Assembly (NCBI RefSeq): GCF_004010195.1
Contig: NC_057749.1
Span: forward strand, 8,247,451-8,311,450
Length of the DNA: 64,000 bases
Direction of reading: 5' to 3'
Source of the DNA: Chiloscyllium plagiosum
Lineage: Eukaryota
Position 1 is the stretch's first letter. Each line of letters begins with the position of its first letter. The notes under the pieces are model-generated. The model was given only the letters and a program-made list of their open reading frames with translations, was not told where the DNA came from and did not search any database. The position numbers were made by a program, and so were the translations under genes. Shown piece by piece: positions 37,057 to 49,758 of this stretch.

Positions 37057-37926
37057 CTGAAGGTTCCTTGTCGATAGATACTAGCCTTTTCCTGAGACAT
37101 TTCCTTGGATGACTTTTCTTTCTTTGTCCCAGTAACAGTTTGCACCATTGCCTTCTGCCCTCAGTGGTCAGATGAACAATGGCACATGATCTAATTGGAA
37201 CATGCAAAATTCTTCCAGAATAGATGCTGGCAGGATTTTCTCCTGGCTGGCAGGTGGGTGTGTAGTTAGAATCAAGGGACACAATCTCAAAGTGAGGGCT
37301 GGAGAATTTCGGATGAAGTTGAGGAGGAATTTCTACACTGGCTCAGGTCTTTGTGCATTCAGTACATGCTCTGTAATTACAGCTCTTATTAACTCTAGTT
37401 AATCCTTTGTACAATGAAAACCAAGCTCATTACAAGACCATTCTACTGCAGAACAATATAAATCCTCAAAGACTTTTTGCTGTGTTTTGTGCCTTTCCCT
37501 GTATAACTAAATAAAGCATGATGATCTCTTTTCAAGTCTATTTAACCAATGCAATTCAACTGCATTAAGAATAGCTGCCCATGGGAGACTTTTCATCTCC
37601 TAATACCTTACTCACTCAATCAGAATCCCCCTCCCTAAAATAAATACTGTTCTTCCTTCACCACAGTGCATTGTCCCACCGTTAGGAAAGGTAAAGTCGC
37701 CATTGTCTTATCAGATCATTGTGCTGCTCTGTCATTGGACTGAGCATTGGACTGTCATTACTCCGTGGGTCACCACCCTTCCCAGGACAGGATAGGTTGA
37801 GAAAGGAGTTCAAGAAGATTGAGTTGGATATCTCAATATGATCTTCATGGTAATGTCAGCTGGTGTGGCAATTGAACCCATGCTGCATCATAAACCAGCC
37901 CACCAGTATTCCACATCAATGTTATG

Positions 37927-38100
37927 CAGAGGAACGTCAATTATCCAGCATTTGATTATCCAAAAGTTGGATTATCCAGGAAGATTGCGAGGTCCCAATG
38001 CTTGGCTAAACTATGTTAACCAACATTTGAATATCCAGAATTCGATTAACTGAACGAAATACTCATTGCCCATGTCCTTCAGATAATCGACGTTCCTCTG
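37927..38100. mobile_element. Tc1/mariner (Tigger-like) MITE
   Basis: TIRs CAGAGGAACGTCAATTATC / GATAATCGACGTTCCTCTG, TA on the right (TG on the left), internal GATTATCCA repeats. Confidence 0.8.
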
Positions 38101-38119
38101 TAAATAGATGGAGATTTAT

Positions 38120-38600
38120 ACATAGAATCCCTAAAGTGCTGAAGCAAGCCATTCAGCCCATCCATACCAACCCTCCAAAGAGCATTGCATCCAAACCCAC
38201 CACCCCTCCCACTCCTCCCCCAACTCAACACTCCTCCCACCCTCACCACCACTTCCTCATATCCCTGTGACCTCGTATTCCCCATGGCTGACCCATCTAG
38301 CCTACACATCCCTTGACACTATGGGTAATTTTAGCATGGTCAGTCCACTTAACCTGAACATCTTTGAATTGTGGGAGGAAACTGGAGCACCCGGAGGAAA
38401 CCCACACATCCTGACTTGGAAATATATCGCCATTCCTTCAGTGTCGCTGGGTCAAAATCATGGAACTCCCTCACAAGCAGTGCTATGGGTCTGTCTACAG
38501 AACGTGGACAGGAGTGGTTCAAGATTGAAGCTCAAGACCACCTTCTGGAAGCCAGCTAAGGATGAGCAATAAAGACCAGCCCAGACAGTGACATCCTATG
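38120..38600. mobile_element. Minus-strand HE1 fragment fused to plus-strand CR1 family-B tail
   Basis: HE1 to ~38407, then CATCCTGACTTGGAAATATATCGCC. Confidence 0.8.
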
Positions 38601-39321
38601 ACAGAAGAAATGGAAACAAATTCTGAAGAAAGTTCCCATTAGAAATTCTGATGCTGCCTCAGAAAACCATTGTTTAGCTCAAACAAAAGTGACTCAGCTT
38701 TCTTACTCAGCTCCGACACCCATCGTGAAAGATGATGAACAAGGTGTATGCTTTGAACTGAAACTCAGCAATGCTGCAACGACTTTGCATTGTGTTTACT
38801 AAATAAGTAAAATTAAAAAGAGAGGTGAAGTCAAACTGAGCAATTATAACAGCACTGAAACAGTTGTGTTTTTTCTTTGAAGAGAATGAGTGATAATTTC
38901 ACTGCCCAGTGGAGGGATCATTTTATGCCACAGACAATTAACAGCAAACAAACATGTGTGAATTCTCTGGTGATTGGTGGCACAATGTATTAAGATGCTG
39001 CAAATGGTGAATCCTTATATCTGTTTTATATTTAAAAGTTAAACAGTGATAAAGCAGTTGAACAAGTCATTATGATCAGAGCTGCTCCTTGGAAACATGG
39101 CAGCTTATGGCCAAAAATTCCTAACTCACTATTTCCCTTCTGTTGCTCGGCTGTCCAGAAAAATCTCAAACTAACATCTGCAGGCTGCAAAGGAAGGATG
39201 AGGTGAAAGTGGATGGGCAACATTCACCCAATTCCCGCCAAATTATCTTCCTGAATAAATGTCTCAAGGCTGGTTGCCAACCCTGTTCTTCTCAGCTAAG
39301 GCACCGCCCTGCTTGAAAAGA

Positions 39322-40150
39322 ATGGCTCAGTGGTTAGCACTGCTGCCTCACAGCACCAGGGACCCGGGTTCAATCCCACCATTGGGTGATTGTCTGTGTG
39401 GAGTTTGCACACTCTCCCTTTGTCTGTGTGAGTTTCCTCTGGATGCTCTGTTCTCCCACAGTCCAAAGGTGTACAGGTTAGGGTGGATTGGCCATGCTAA
39501 ACTGCCCCAAAGAGTCCAGGGATGTGTGGGGTTACAGGCTGTGTCTGGGTCGAATCCTCTTCAGAGGGTCAATGCAAGCTGGAAGGCCTTTTTCTATACT
39601 GTAGGGTTTCTGTGATTCCAAAAGAGGAGGGAAAGAATTGTCAATTGTCTGGTTGCATTGCTGAGAAATGCTGCACAACATGGAGGGTGCTAAAGAAGTA
39701 CAACACGTTGCTTTAATAAAGCTCAGTGGCTTGGTATGTCCATACACCAAGAGGTAGAAATTATTTTTCTGTAGATGTACAAGATCACATTTACCATTGT
39801 TGTGCATGCCGTCCCAATGTATGGCTCCATTAACATCAGTTATATCGTATATCAGGCAGGACATAGCAACATGGGCTTTGGGGCAGCACAGTGGCTCAGT
39901 GGTTAGCACCAGGAACCCGAGTTCGATTCCTGTCTTGGGTGACCGTCTGTGTGGAGTTTGCACCTTCTCCCCGTGTCTGCGTGGGTTTCCTCCAAGTGCT
40001 CCGGTTTCCTCCCACAGTCCGAAGATGTGCAGGCTACATGGATTGGCCATGGGAAATGCAGGGTTCTAGGGATGGTGTGGGTTCTGGGTAGGATGTTCTA
40101 TGGAGGTTCAGTATGGGCTGAATGGCCTACTTTGGCCACCATTGATTCTA
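39322..40150 (+). mobile_element. Two HE1-type SINEs (39322-39615, 39880-40150)
   Basis: HE1 head/core motifs. Confidence 0.88.
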
Positions 40151-41137
40151 CTGCAAAAGAAATGCTTAAAGTAAAACCAGAGCATTCTAGAAGGGCTCAC
40201 CTCATCAGCGAGCTGGAACATTGATGGGAATTGAACCCACAGGAGATGAAGTTTGAATCAGGTCAATTCATTCTGCTGCTCTTTCTACAGATACAGTCAG
40301 AGCCAATAAATGTTTCAATTCCAATATTTTCTGGTTTTATTTCAGCCTTACTGTGCCCATAGTACCTCACATTTGTAGGAACGTTTTGAAGTTTGTCATT
40401 GTAGGTGCTCCCTCTTTAAAGACTCATCGAAAATGATTCTGTCCTGCAGGATAAAGGGAATTATCTTTCACTGACGACTGAGAGTTGCTGATTTCTTTCC
40501 ATTGAGTAAAATGCAAAAGGCTATCATCACTCACTCCTGTCTGCAGTGTGACTGAGTTATAGCTCCTTCACACTCCAGGAGGAATAACACTAACTCACTG
40601 TCACTGACACAAGCCTCTCTATTTGTTTTTCTGAATATGCCCATATTCATTTACATGCCAGATCCATTAACAGTAAACTGTTAGCTGTTGTAAGGCTCAA
40701 GGAACGCAGTTGCAATGGGGCTCTTTGCTTGGTGTTTAAGCACATCCTGGAGTGCACTGCAGATGTCAATTGAGACAGACTGTGCCCGTTTTAAACTAAT
40801 AGTCTTCCCTGTGTTGTGCAGCAACTGTTCCATAAGCACTTTGGCCACTGCAATCCTGCTGGTGATAACAGACAATGGCTTTGCTACCGGTCCAAGCGAT
40901 TAATCAGTTAAAACTGAGGTAACATTAATGCAATTTGCATTCATGCTAAATCACATCTACTTGCAGCTTCACTCCTGAAGCTGTGAAGAGTTTGAGATGC
41001 AAGGGAAATGGTTTTGACAGACAGTGGTTGAGATTGGTAAAGTCACTAAAACTTCCTTCGAACATTGCCGTACAAAGCTTAGTGCTGTGAATTTCTAGCT
41101 CCATTAATCAGTTGTGTAGGATATTCTTCAGAAGAGA

Positions 41138-41657
41138 GTGGCACGGTGACTCAGTGGCTAGCACAGCTGTCTCACAGCACCAGGGACATGGGTTCGACTT
41201 CAGCCTCAGGCAACAATATGGAGTTTGCGCATTCTCCTCATGTCTGCATGCGTTTCCATCCACAGACCAAAGATGTGTAGGTTAGGCAGATTGGCTATGT
41301 TAAATTGCTCACAGTGTTCAGGGATGTGCAGACTAGGTGGATTACCCATGGGAAATGCAGGTTTGGGGCAGCACGGTGGCTCAGTGGTTAGCACTGCTGC
41401 CTCACATCGCCCAGGTTCGATTCCACCCTCGGGCAACTGCCTGTGTGGAGGTTGCACATTCTCTCCGTATCAGTGCGGGTTTCTTTCTGGTGCTCTGGTT
41501 TTATCCCACAGTCCAAAGTTGTGCAGATTAGGTGAATTGGCCATGCTAAATTGCCCATTGTCTTGGGTTAAATACAGGATAATGGGGCTGGGGAATGGGT
41601 CAGTGTAGACTTGTTGGGCCGAAGGGCCTGTTTCCACACTGTAGAGATTCTATTCTG
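41138..41657 (+). mobile_element. Two tandem/nested HE1 SINEs
   Basis: Heads at ~41138 and ~41365. Confidence 0.88.
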
Positions 41658-42173
41658 TGAAAGAAGGTAAGCTGAAGTACTACCAGACAGCTCAGAAAAG
41701 GAGACGATGGCAAAGAGGCCATATCACTGGCCTGTTGCATCAAAATCCCAGTACAAGGAAAGTAGACTCAGATCCCATCATTAGGAAACTGGCATTCCGT
41801 AAATCTGAAATATGAAACTAGCCTCCTGTAGTGGTTACTGTGACACTTGCTAAAATTCCTGTAGCAAAGCACTTCTTGTTCCGTTAACCCTCAGCATATT
41901 TCTCTATCCCTCTCACCTCACTCTCTGGGAGACAAAGTTAAACTGGTCACCCTTTCACCATTAACTCACCAGAGGAAATAGCTTAACGCTATTTTGACCT
42001 TCATCCCACTTCAGTCTAAAGAGAATGTTATTGAGACGTCGATGGGAATGTGGAATTTTCAACAAGATATAAGATCAGCCAAGATCTTCTTCAATGGGCA
42101 AAATCAAGGGGCAGAATGGTCTGTTTCTGCTCCTATTATATTTGCAAGTGGGTACAGTAAATCCTCGATATCC

Positions 42174-43090
42174 TGTTGCTCAGTAACCACCCTCAACAAC
42201 AGTTATTGGCCAAAGAGGGAAAGAGTCAAGACTATCAACAAAATAATCAACTTTATTGGTTAGTTGAAATAGACATACAATTCACACCGTTTAGTTAACA
42301 AAGGGTTATAATTCACACAAGACTAAACTCTATGCGCACGCCCACTAGGTTTCTCAGATGTTCCCTGAACAGTAACAGAGTATAAAGGCTAATACTCAGG
42401 AATAGGAGTTCACGCTGGCCAGGTGATCCTCGGGCCCTCAATGTAGTTTCCACGTTTCCAACGTAGATTCCTCCAATTCAGCGAAGGTTTACCTCTGGAG
42501 TTTTCACTTGCTGCACGCCCTAAGTCCGTCATTTTTATCCTTTTTCCTTATCTTCTCAACTGTGGTGTCTTACATCTGCCGAGCCTGTGTCTTTTCATTA
42601 TAGGTTCTGGCCCAAGACGCTGGAAGCATTACTCTTCAACTAAATAAGGATTTGTATCTTATGTCACTTGCTTTGATTTCCTCTGAGCCAACTCAGTTCC
42701 AGCTGGTTCCATCCAACACAAGCCAGTGGATCTGGTCCTCGGGCTACTGAGATAACAAGCTGCTTCTTTTATATGTGATGATGAGGAGGGGCCGGTGTTG
42801 GACTGGGGTGGACAACGTTAAAAATCACACAACACCAGGTTATAGTCCAACAGGTTTATTTGGAAGCACAAGCTTTTGGAGTGCTCCTCCTTTATCAGGT
42901 AGCCCTACCAAATAAACCTGTTGGACCATAACCTGGTGCAGTGCAATTTTTAACATTTATATGTGATCAGTCCCTGGCCAACAATCCAACATTGTGAATT
43001 TGCCAGTCCACACCAAAATGTAAATAACAACAAAAATCAACATCTGAGGGCAAAAAGCGCGTATCCGCGATCTTTAACCTATTTTTAACA
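42174..43090. mobile_element. Possible solo LTR containing a Penelope insert
   Basis: TGTT...AACA ends with ATCC/ATCT flanks; no second copy in the window to confirm. Confidence 0.3.
42780..42955 (-). mobile_element. Penelope-derived family-C element with inverted partial copy
   Basis: TTTATATGTGAT duplicated at 42768-42779 and 42956-42967; decayed hammerhead core on minus strand. Confidence 0.8.
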
Positions 43091-43212
43091 ATCTCCGCAC
43101 TCGCAAGTAACATCATTCGCGGAGTTCTCAGGGACAGAGCTCTCATGGGTACAGAGGAATGACTGCAGATAATCTGTTCCTTGTGCTCTTTGCTTCAATT
43201 TAAATTTCCACA

Positions 43213-43329
43213 ATCACCTGATGAGGGAGCAGCTCTCCAAAAGCTAGTGCTTCCAAATAAACCTGTTGGACTATAACCTGTGATTTTTAACCTTGTACAT
43301 CCCAGTCCAACATTGGTGTCTCCAAATCA
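43213..43329 (+). mobile_element. Penelope-derived family-C element with hammerhead motif
   Basis: CAC-CTGATGA-G-GGAG-CAGCT-CTCC-AAAA-GC-TA-GTG (G of GAAA lost at a CpG). Confidence 0.8.
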
Positions 43330-43432
43330 ATTTAAACTGTTACAGAATTACAAGTGATAGATTCTTAAAATCATAGGAAGTCACAGTGTAGAGTGAATCC
43401 ATTTAATCCACCATTCCAGCCCCAACATTTTA

Positions 43433-43685
43433 AAAGGGCTTATGCCCTTCCTGAAGAAGGGCTTATGCCCGAAACGTCGATTCTCCTGTTCCTTGGATGC
43501 TGCCTGACCTGCTGCGCTTTTCCAGCAACACATTTTCAGCTCTGATCTCCAGCATCTGCAGCCCTCACTTTCTCTCCAACATTTTAGAACCCTGATGGAG
43601 AGTCCTGGCCCAAAATATCGATTGCCTTGCTCCTCTGATGCTGTCTGACCTGCTGTGCTTTTCCAGCCCCACATGTTAATGACTT
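43433..43685 (+). mobile_element. Two tandem family-A Penelope-derived elements; first has an intact hammerhead core (43449-43480)
   Basis: TC-CTGAAGA-A-GGGC-TTAT-GCCC-GAAA-CG-TC-GA; first copy flanked by CCAACATTTTA. Confidence 0.85.
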
Positions 43686-44703
43686 GAGAACAACAGTCGT
43701 GCTGTCTGGCTTTTTTCTTAACTTTCCCTTTCAAAATTACTTGTGGAATCAGAACCCATTGTAACTTGACTTTTGCATCCGTAATATCGTCCTGACCTTT
43801 GTTTGCCACAGCAAGTGTCAGATGAGGAGTTACTGACATCTTGAAGCCTGGCAAGAGGGGACCTTAAGTCCATGTCAAAGATGTGGCCTTCGATCAATGA
43901 AATCATATCATTTGGATTCAGGAGACCAAGTCTAATTATACAGGATAATGTAACACTATAAAGCTTTACGTTTTGCCTGAAGACAACTGCAAACAAGTTT
44001 GTTTGTTTTAATTGTAAAAGTCTTTTAATTGCTGGTGTTAATTTTACGATTGCAATTTTAATTATTGTGTCAGGTTTTGTGGCTATTTTCTCTTCTAAAG
44101 TACTCTATTGCCATAATTGTTTCCATCCGTAAGAAGCATCCATCAGCTCGACTTCCGAAAAAGTAAATACACTTTCTTTTCCCCCAACCTCATTTTTAAA
44201 CTGATTAATGATGTTTCATTAATTCAGAAAATTAGAGGGAAAAATTGGCAATGTTTGCCTAATGCCGCTATATTAGTATTGAAGGATGTTACACATGGAT
44301 GAAAGCAATTAAGGGTAATTGGACACTTTAAGTGAGAGAATATCTCATTGCGCTTGCTGTTGGTTTAGGAACGTTGAATGTTGAATGCAGCCATACAACA
44401 GTCTGGAGGATGACTATCAAGGGATCACCTTCCACCAGAATATCATGCTCTCTGTATTAAGGATAGTAGCAATATAAGCCTAATTAGAAAGGAATCTTCA
44501 GTCTGTGATACTGATCCTGTAATGCTTCCAACAGCTCTGCTTTGGGACATTTTCTAAATAACCTGCTCAAAGACATTATTACAAAGCTCTCGAGCAACTA
44601 GGACTTGAACTCAGGCCTCTTAGCTCAGAGATAGGGATACAACCACTGCACTGGAAGAGCTCTGCAGCCTTGCGTTCATAGAAACACTGAAATGTAAATT
44701 TAG

Positions 44704-44892
44704 AAGCAAACATTACAGCCGGAATCTCTACTGAAAATAAAAAAAACGCTGGAGATCACAGTAGGTCGGGCAGCATCCATGGAGAGAGAACAAGATAATT
44801 TTTAGAGTCTAGATGACTTTTCATCAGAGCTGAAGAAGAGTTATCTAGACTCGAAACATTAGCTTGCTCTCTCTCTCCATGGATGCTGCCGA
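44704..44892. mobile_element. Inverted pair of Penelope-derived family-B-like elements
   Basis: GGCAGCATCCATGGAGAGAGA / TCTCTCTCCATGGATGCTGCC arms; AAATG(T/C)AAATTTAG on both sides. Confidence 0.8.
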
Positions 44893-44954
44893 AAATGCAA
44901 ATTTAGTTCAATTTCCTGCTGGTCACTGGTTACCACAAAATCACAACCAATAGA

Positions 44955-45600
44955 TTCCATACGTACACCATGCTCTGTGTGAAAAGTTGTCCTTTAGGTC
45001 CCTTTTATATCTTTCCCCTCTCACCGCCCCCCCCACCAATACCTATGCCCTCTAGTTCTGGACTCCCCCACCTCAGGGAAAAGACCATGTCTATTTATCC
45101 TATCCATGCCCCTCATGATTTTATAAACCTCTATAAAGTCACCCCTCAGTCTCTGATGCTCCAGCGAAAACAGCCCTAGCCTATTCAACCTCTCCCTATA
45201 GCTCACATCTTCTAACAAGCGTAATGAGATATTCTCTCACGTAAAGTGTCCAATTACTCTTAATTGCTTTCATCCATGTGTAACGTCCTTCAATACTAAT
45301 ATAGCGGCATTAGGCAACATCCTTGTAAATCTTTCTGAACCCTTTCAAGTTTCACATTATTCTTCCAGCAGGAAGGTGACCAGAATTGGACAGAAAATTC
45401 CCTCTGAATGTTGTACATTTTAATAAGGTCACCTCTCATTCTTCTAAACTCCAAAGTATAAGCCGAACGGCATCACTCTCTCCTCATATGATAATTTCAC
45501 CATACCCAGTATGACCAATGAATCTTCTCTGGACTGGCTCCAATGTCAGTACATTTTTCCTTAGATAAGGGACCCAAATGAGAACACTTTGCTGACCCCA
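44955..45600 (-). mobile_element. HER1/CR1 fragments with a 102-bp templated insert
   Basis: YRERLNRLGLFSLEHQRLRGDFIEVYKIMRGMDR. Confidence 0.88.
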
Positions 45601-46714
45601 AAACTATCCCATAGAGTAGAGAAGTGGGGTGATAGTTTGTCTTTGTTCTTCCCTTCGGCTGATGTAGGTGAATTCTTGGTCTTCCCGCAGGGAGACGGCA
45701 ACTCATTTCCCTGGATTCTCTCCTTCATGATTGTCTATTCCCACCTATACCTGTCGATGTACCTTAGTTTGGGAACTGGCTATCTCTGCTGTGCCAATCA
45801 CCCACCTAAATTGGCGAGAATGGCTTCTGCAGTGAGGAGCTTCGGTTTTGCAGGCAACAGCAACTGTTTCCTTGGAAAAGAGGAGTCTAAATGGAGACCT
45901 GCCAGAGGTGCCCAATAACACAAGGGGTCTGGACTGAGTAGATAAGGACACACTGCTCCTTTGATGGATAGATTAAAACAAGAGAGGGTAGATAGAGTCA
46001 TACAGTGTACAATTATACAGCATAGAGACAGAATGGTTGGTCCAACTCATCCATGCCAACCAGTTATCCTAATTTAATCCAGACCCATTTGCCAGCATTT
46101 GGTCTATATCTCTCTGAACCCTTCCTAGGGTACATGCATGGAAGGGTTTCGAGGGGTATGGGCCAAAGCCTAAATCTGATTTAAAGTAATTAATAATGAA
46201 GGCATGAGGAGGAACATGTGGAGTGGCCAGGACCTAGAATGACCTGCTAGATTATTATCCAAGGAAGGACGTGTGAGGTTATGAGCCAGAGACAGCAGAA
46301 TGACTCAAGGTGAATTGTGCGTTCTGAGAGCTGGCAAAGACAGAATGGGTGGAATGGCCTACTTCTGTGCTGTAACCATTCCATGATTCTGCTGAGCGCA
46401 GGATTCAAGCCTCCTTCCGTCAACAGGAGCAGGTTCTATCAATGACTTGGAATTAGATTTGCAAAAGCCAAACACTCCTCATCATGAATATCGATCATAA
46501 ATCTACTTGATTACTTTTGGGTCAGACTTTCCGAGAAATGGGAATCACATTCAGATTGCTACTCGGCTCCTTACATTCAGAAAGAGCTCAACATTTCTGT
46601 CAGGAGATTCCGATTGGGGCTTCTCCAGGAATACGGAGCCATACATTAAATCTGATAGCTCCCTCAAACTGCAGAACAGTCAGGGCCAGGCAATCTACAT
46701 TCACGGTAGTCAAT

Positions 46715-47280
46715 AGTGAGTGTTGGGTCCAGGAAGACCACTTTTGGAACATTGCAAGCAATTTTGGATCCCATATCTAAGGAAGGATGTGCCAATCTTG
46801 GAGGAGGTCCAGAGGAGGTTTACCAGAGTGATCCTGGGAATGAAGAGGTTGACAATATGAGGAGTGATGAAAGGCACTGGATTTGTACTCAATGGAATTT
46901 AGAAGGATGAGGGAGATCAGATTGAAACTTACAGAAAACTGAGAGGCCTGGATAGAGTGGACATGGAGAAGATGTTTCCACTTGTAGGACAGACTAGACC
47001 CTGAAGCCACAGCCTCAGAGTGAAGGGATAACCCTTTAGAACTGAGATGAGGCAGGATTTCTTCAGCCAGAGGTTGGTCAATCTGTAGAACTCATTGCCG
47101 CAGAGCGCTGTGGTGACCAAATCATTGAGTATATTTAAGGTGGACTTAGATAGATTCTTGATTAGCAAGGGGATTAAGAGTTACAGTGAGAAGGCAGGAG
47201 AGTTGTGTTGAGAAATATAACAACTGTGATTGAATAGTGGAACAGCCTAATTTTGCGCCAATACCTTATAGTCTTATGAC
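46715..47280 (+). mobile_element. CR1 LINE 3' fragment
   Basis: CATTGCAAGCAATTTTGGATCCCA (HCKQFWIP) and TTCTTCAGCCAGAGGTTGGTCAATCTG (FFSQRLVNL). Confidence 0.85.
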
Positions 47281-48124
47281 TGCCACGTCCTGCAGGCAGA
47301 GGGAGTAGAAGAGGGGGATGGATCCCAGATGGAGGGAGGGGCTGCCAGATTGTGGGGCTGAGGAGGGTGTCAGCTCTGGGTCTGGTGTGACGTAAGGAAG
47401 CTGGGGAAAGTGCAGTTTTAGACAGTGTGTGGCAGTTGTGGGTGAGTGGGTGAATTTAATAGTTACGCAAGCTTAGACTAGGTTTTAAATAGTCTAATGT
47501 TTCTTGAATAACTATTTTCATTGTTTATTGGAATCATGGATTCCCTGGATTATCCACTCAGAGACTGCTACCTCAGGGTTTCCACAGGATTTCCATTCCC
47601 AACCCCCATTGATGTTGTAGAAACAGCAATCATGTTCTGGATATAACTATGGGCAATGTTCCCTCTGCAGCCACAAAGAGGAGCTGCATTCAGTGAGTAT
47701 GTGGACGTAACCATTTCTGGTTCTGGAAGGCACTGTCGTACTGGGCTCCCGTTAGTGCTGATTTAGAGGCAATGTAACCTATGGGGAGGACTTTTTAAAA
47801 ATGGCTAATGCACCGAGATTTCCTGATTGTGTATCACATCTCAAGCTCCAAATCCTTCCTGTGGCCTACCCGAACGGGGTATGAATACAACAATGTGATC
47901 AGGTTAGTAACCTTAGTAGCCAGTTTCAACCAGCTGCTCAGCAGTATGGGTTCACCCTTAACAACCAAACTTATACAGTGGCCAACAAATCAAAAAGTTA
48001 TGGGTTCAAGCCTGAGAGCAGACTTATGAATGCCAGGAAGAGATAGCTATATGGTGTTGTGTCTGGGCTCATACTCTACAACAGCAGGCACAATTTGGAG
48101 GTATGAGTTCAATTCCCATCTAGA

Positions 48125-48435
48125 ATGATAGAATCTCTACAGTGTGGAAGCAGGCCATTTGACCCATTGAGTCCACACTAACCCTCTGAAGATCAGCCCA
48201 ACCCCCTTCCCTATCCTTTTCACCCCACATTTCTCACAGCTAACCCACCTCGCCTGCACATTGCGGTAATTTAGTATAATTTAATCTGCACATTTTTGGA
48301 CTACAAGAGGAATCCCACGCAAAGCCGGGGAGAATGTGCAAACCCCACACAGACAGTCACCTGAGGGTGGAATCAAATCCAGGTCTCTGGCCCTGTGAGA
48401 CAGCAGTAATAACCACTGAGCCACCGTGCCACCCC
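48125..48435 (-). mobile_element. HE1-type SINE
   Basis: Reverse-complement head/core. Confidence 0.88.
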
Positions 48436-49289
48436 AAAGCTGAAATTCAATGAAGATCTGAAATTTAAAGGATTCCAATCCAATCTAATGTCCATTATGT
48501 AACTACAGTCAGTTGTTGTACAAACCCATCTAATTTACTGATGTTCTTTAAGAAAGGAAATGTGCCACCCTTACCTGGTCTGGCCTACATGTGACCCTAG
48601 ACTCTCTCAGCTCGACCTTTAACCACCGGACTTGGGACAGGCAATAAAATGTTGGCCTAGCCAGTGATGCCCATATTCCATATACAATTTTAAAAAAAAC
48701 TTAATCCAAGCTGATTCTCCCTCTGCAGTACAGAGGGAAGTGCTGCACTGTCAGAAGGGTGAACAAAATATTGTCTGTGGAGAGAGATGTACATTAACAT
48801 TATTCCTTGTATTAACAAATGAAACATGCACTTGTTTCATACCAGCAAAACAATCTGGAGGTCGGCCACCATTTGTTGAAAGAAAAGACAAGCTAACATT
48901 TCAGATTCAGGCATCAAATCAGGACTCTGAGTCTGACTGATCTTTTTCTCTTTACAAATACTGACGGATCTATTTTGTATTTCTAATGTTTTCTGCTTTT
49001 TTTTATTTCAGCTACCAGGAATGCATGCATGGGTGTGTGTTTGTGAGAGTATGTTTGAGAGAGAGATCATGTGTGTTTCTGAGTGTGTGTGTTTGAGACA
49101 GTGTGTTTGTGTTTGAGTGTGTGTCTCTATGTGTTCTTTTGTGAGAGTGTGTGTCTGTGTGTGTGTTTGTATGCGTCTATGTCTCTGTGTGTATGTGTGT
49201 GTTTATGAGAGTGCATCTGTGGCTCTGTGTGTGTCTATGTCTCTGTGTGTATGTGTGTGCGAGTGTGTCTGTGTCTCTGTGTATATGTT

Positions 49290-49758
49290 CAAAGTTTGGG
49301 AGAAGATTGTGGGGCTTCCCACAACCACCCCAACACACACAAAAGAAGTTGCATCAAGACACTGTTCAAAAGGGCCACAACATACTGCAGTACACCAGAA
49401 CTGCAAAAAGAGGAAGAAGAATACAATGTATTCGCCAAAAACTGATACCCCCGCAATTTCATCAACAGATGCCTAAGGCAAAGACAACGGAATGAGGACA
49501 TGCCACAACCCAAAGGACTAGCCACACTACCATACATCAAAAACATTTCTGAACTGACAGCCAGACTACTGAGACCACTAGGACTCATAACAGCACACAA
49601 ACAACAGCCACTCTCAGACAACAACTCACCAGGACGAAGGACCCGATACCCAGCATGAGCAAAACCAATGTAGTGTACAAAATCCCATGCAAGGACTGCA
49701 CAAAACACTACATAGGACAAACAGGAAGACAGCTAACGATCCACATCCATGAACACCA
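49290..49758 (+). pseudogene. Penelope-like retrotransposon ORF fragment: RT thumb/linker into GIY-YIG endonuclease, disrupted
   Basis: HPNTHKRSCIKTLFKRA..., LATLPYIKNISELTARLLR..., NVVYKIPCKDCTKHYIGQTGRQLTIHIHEH; stop/frameshifts present; runs into a gap. Confidence 0.92.
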
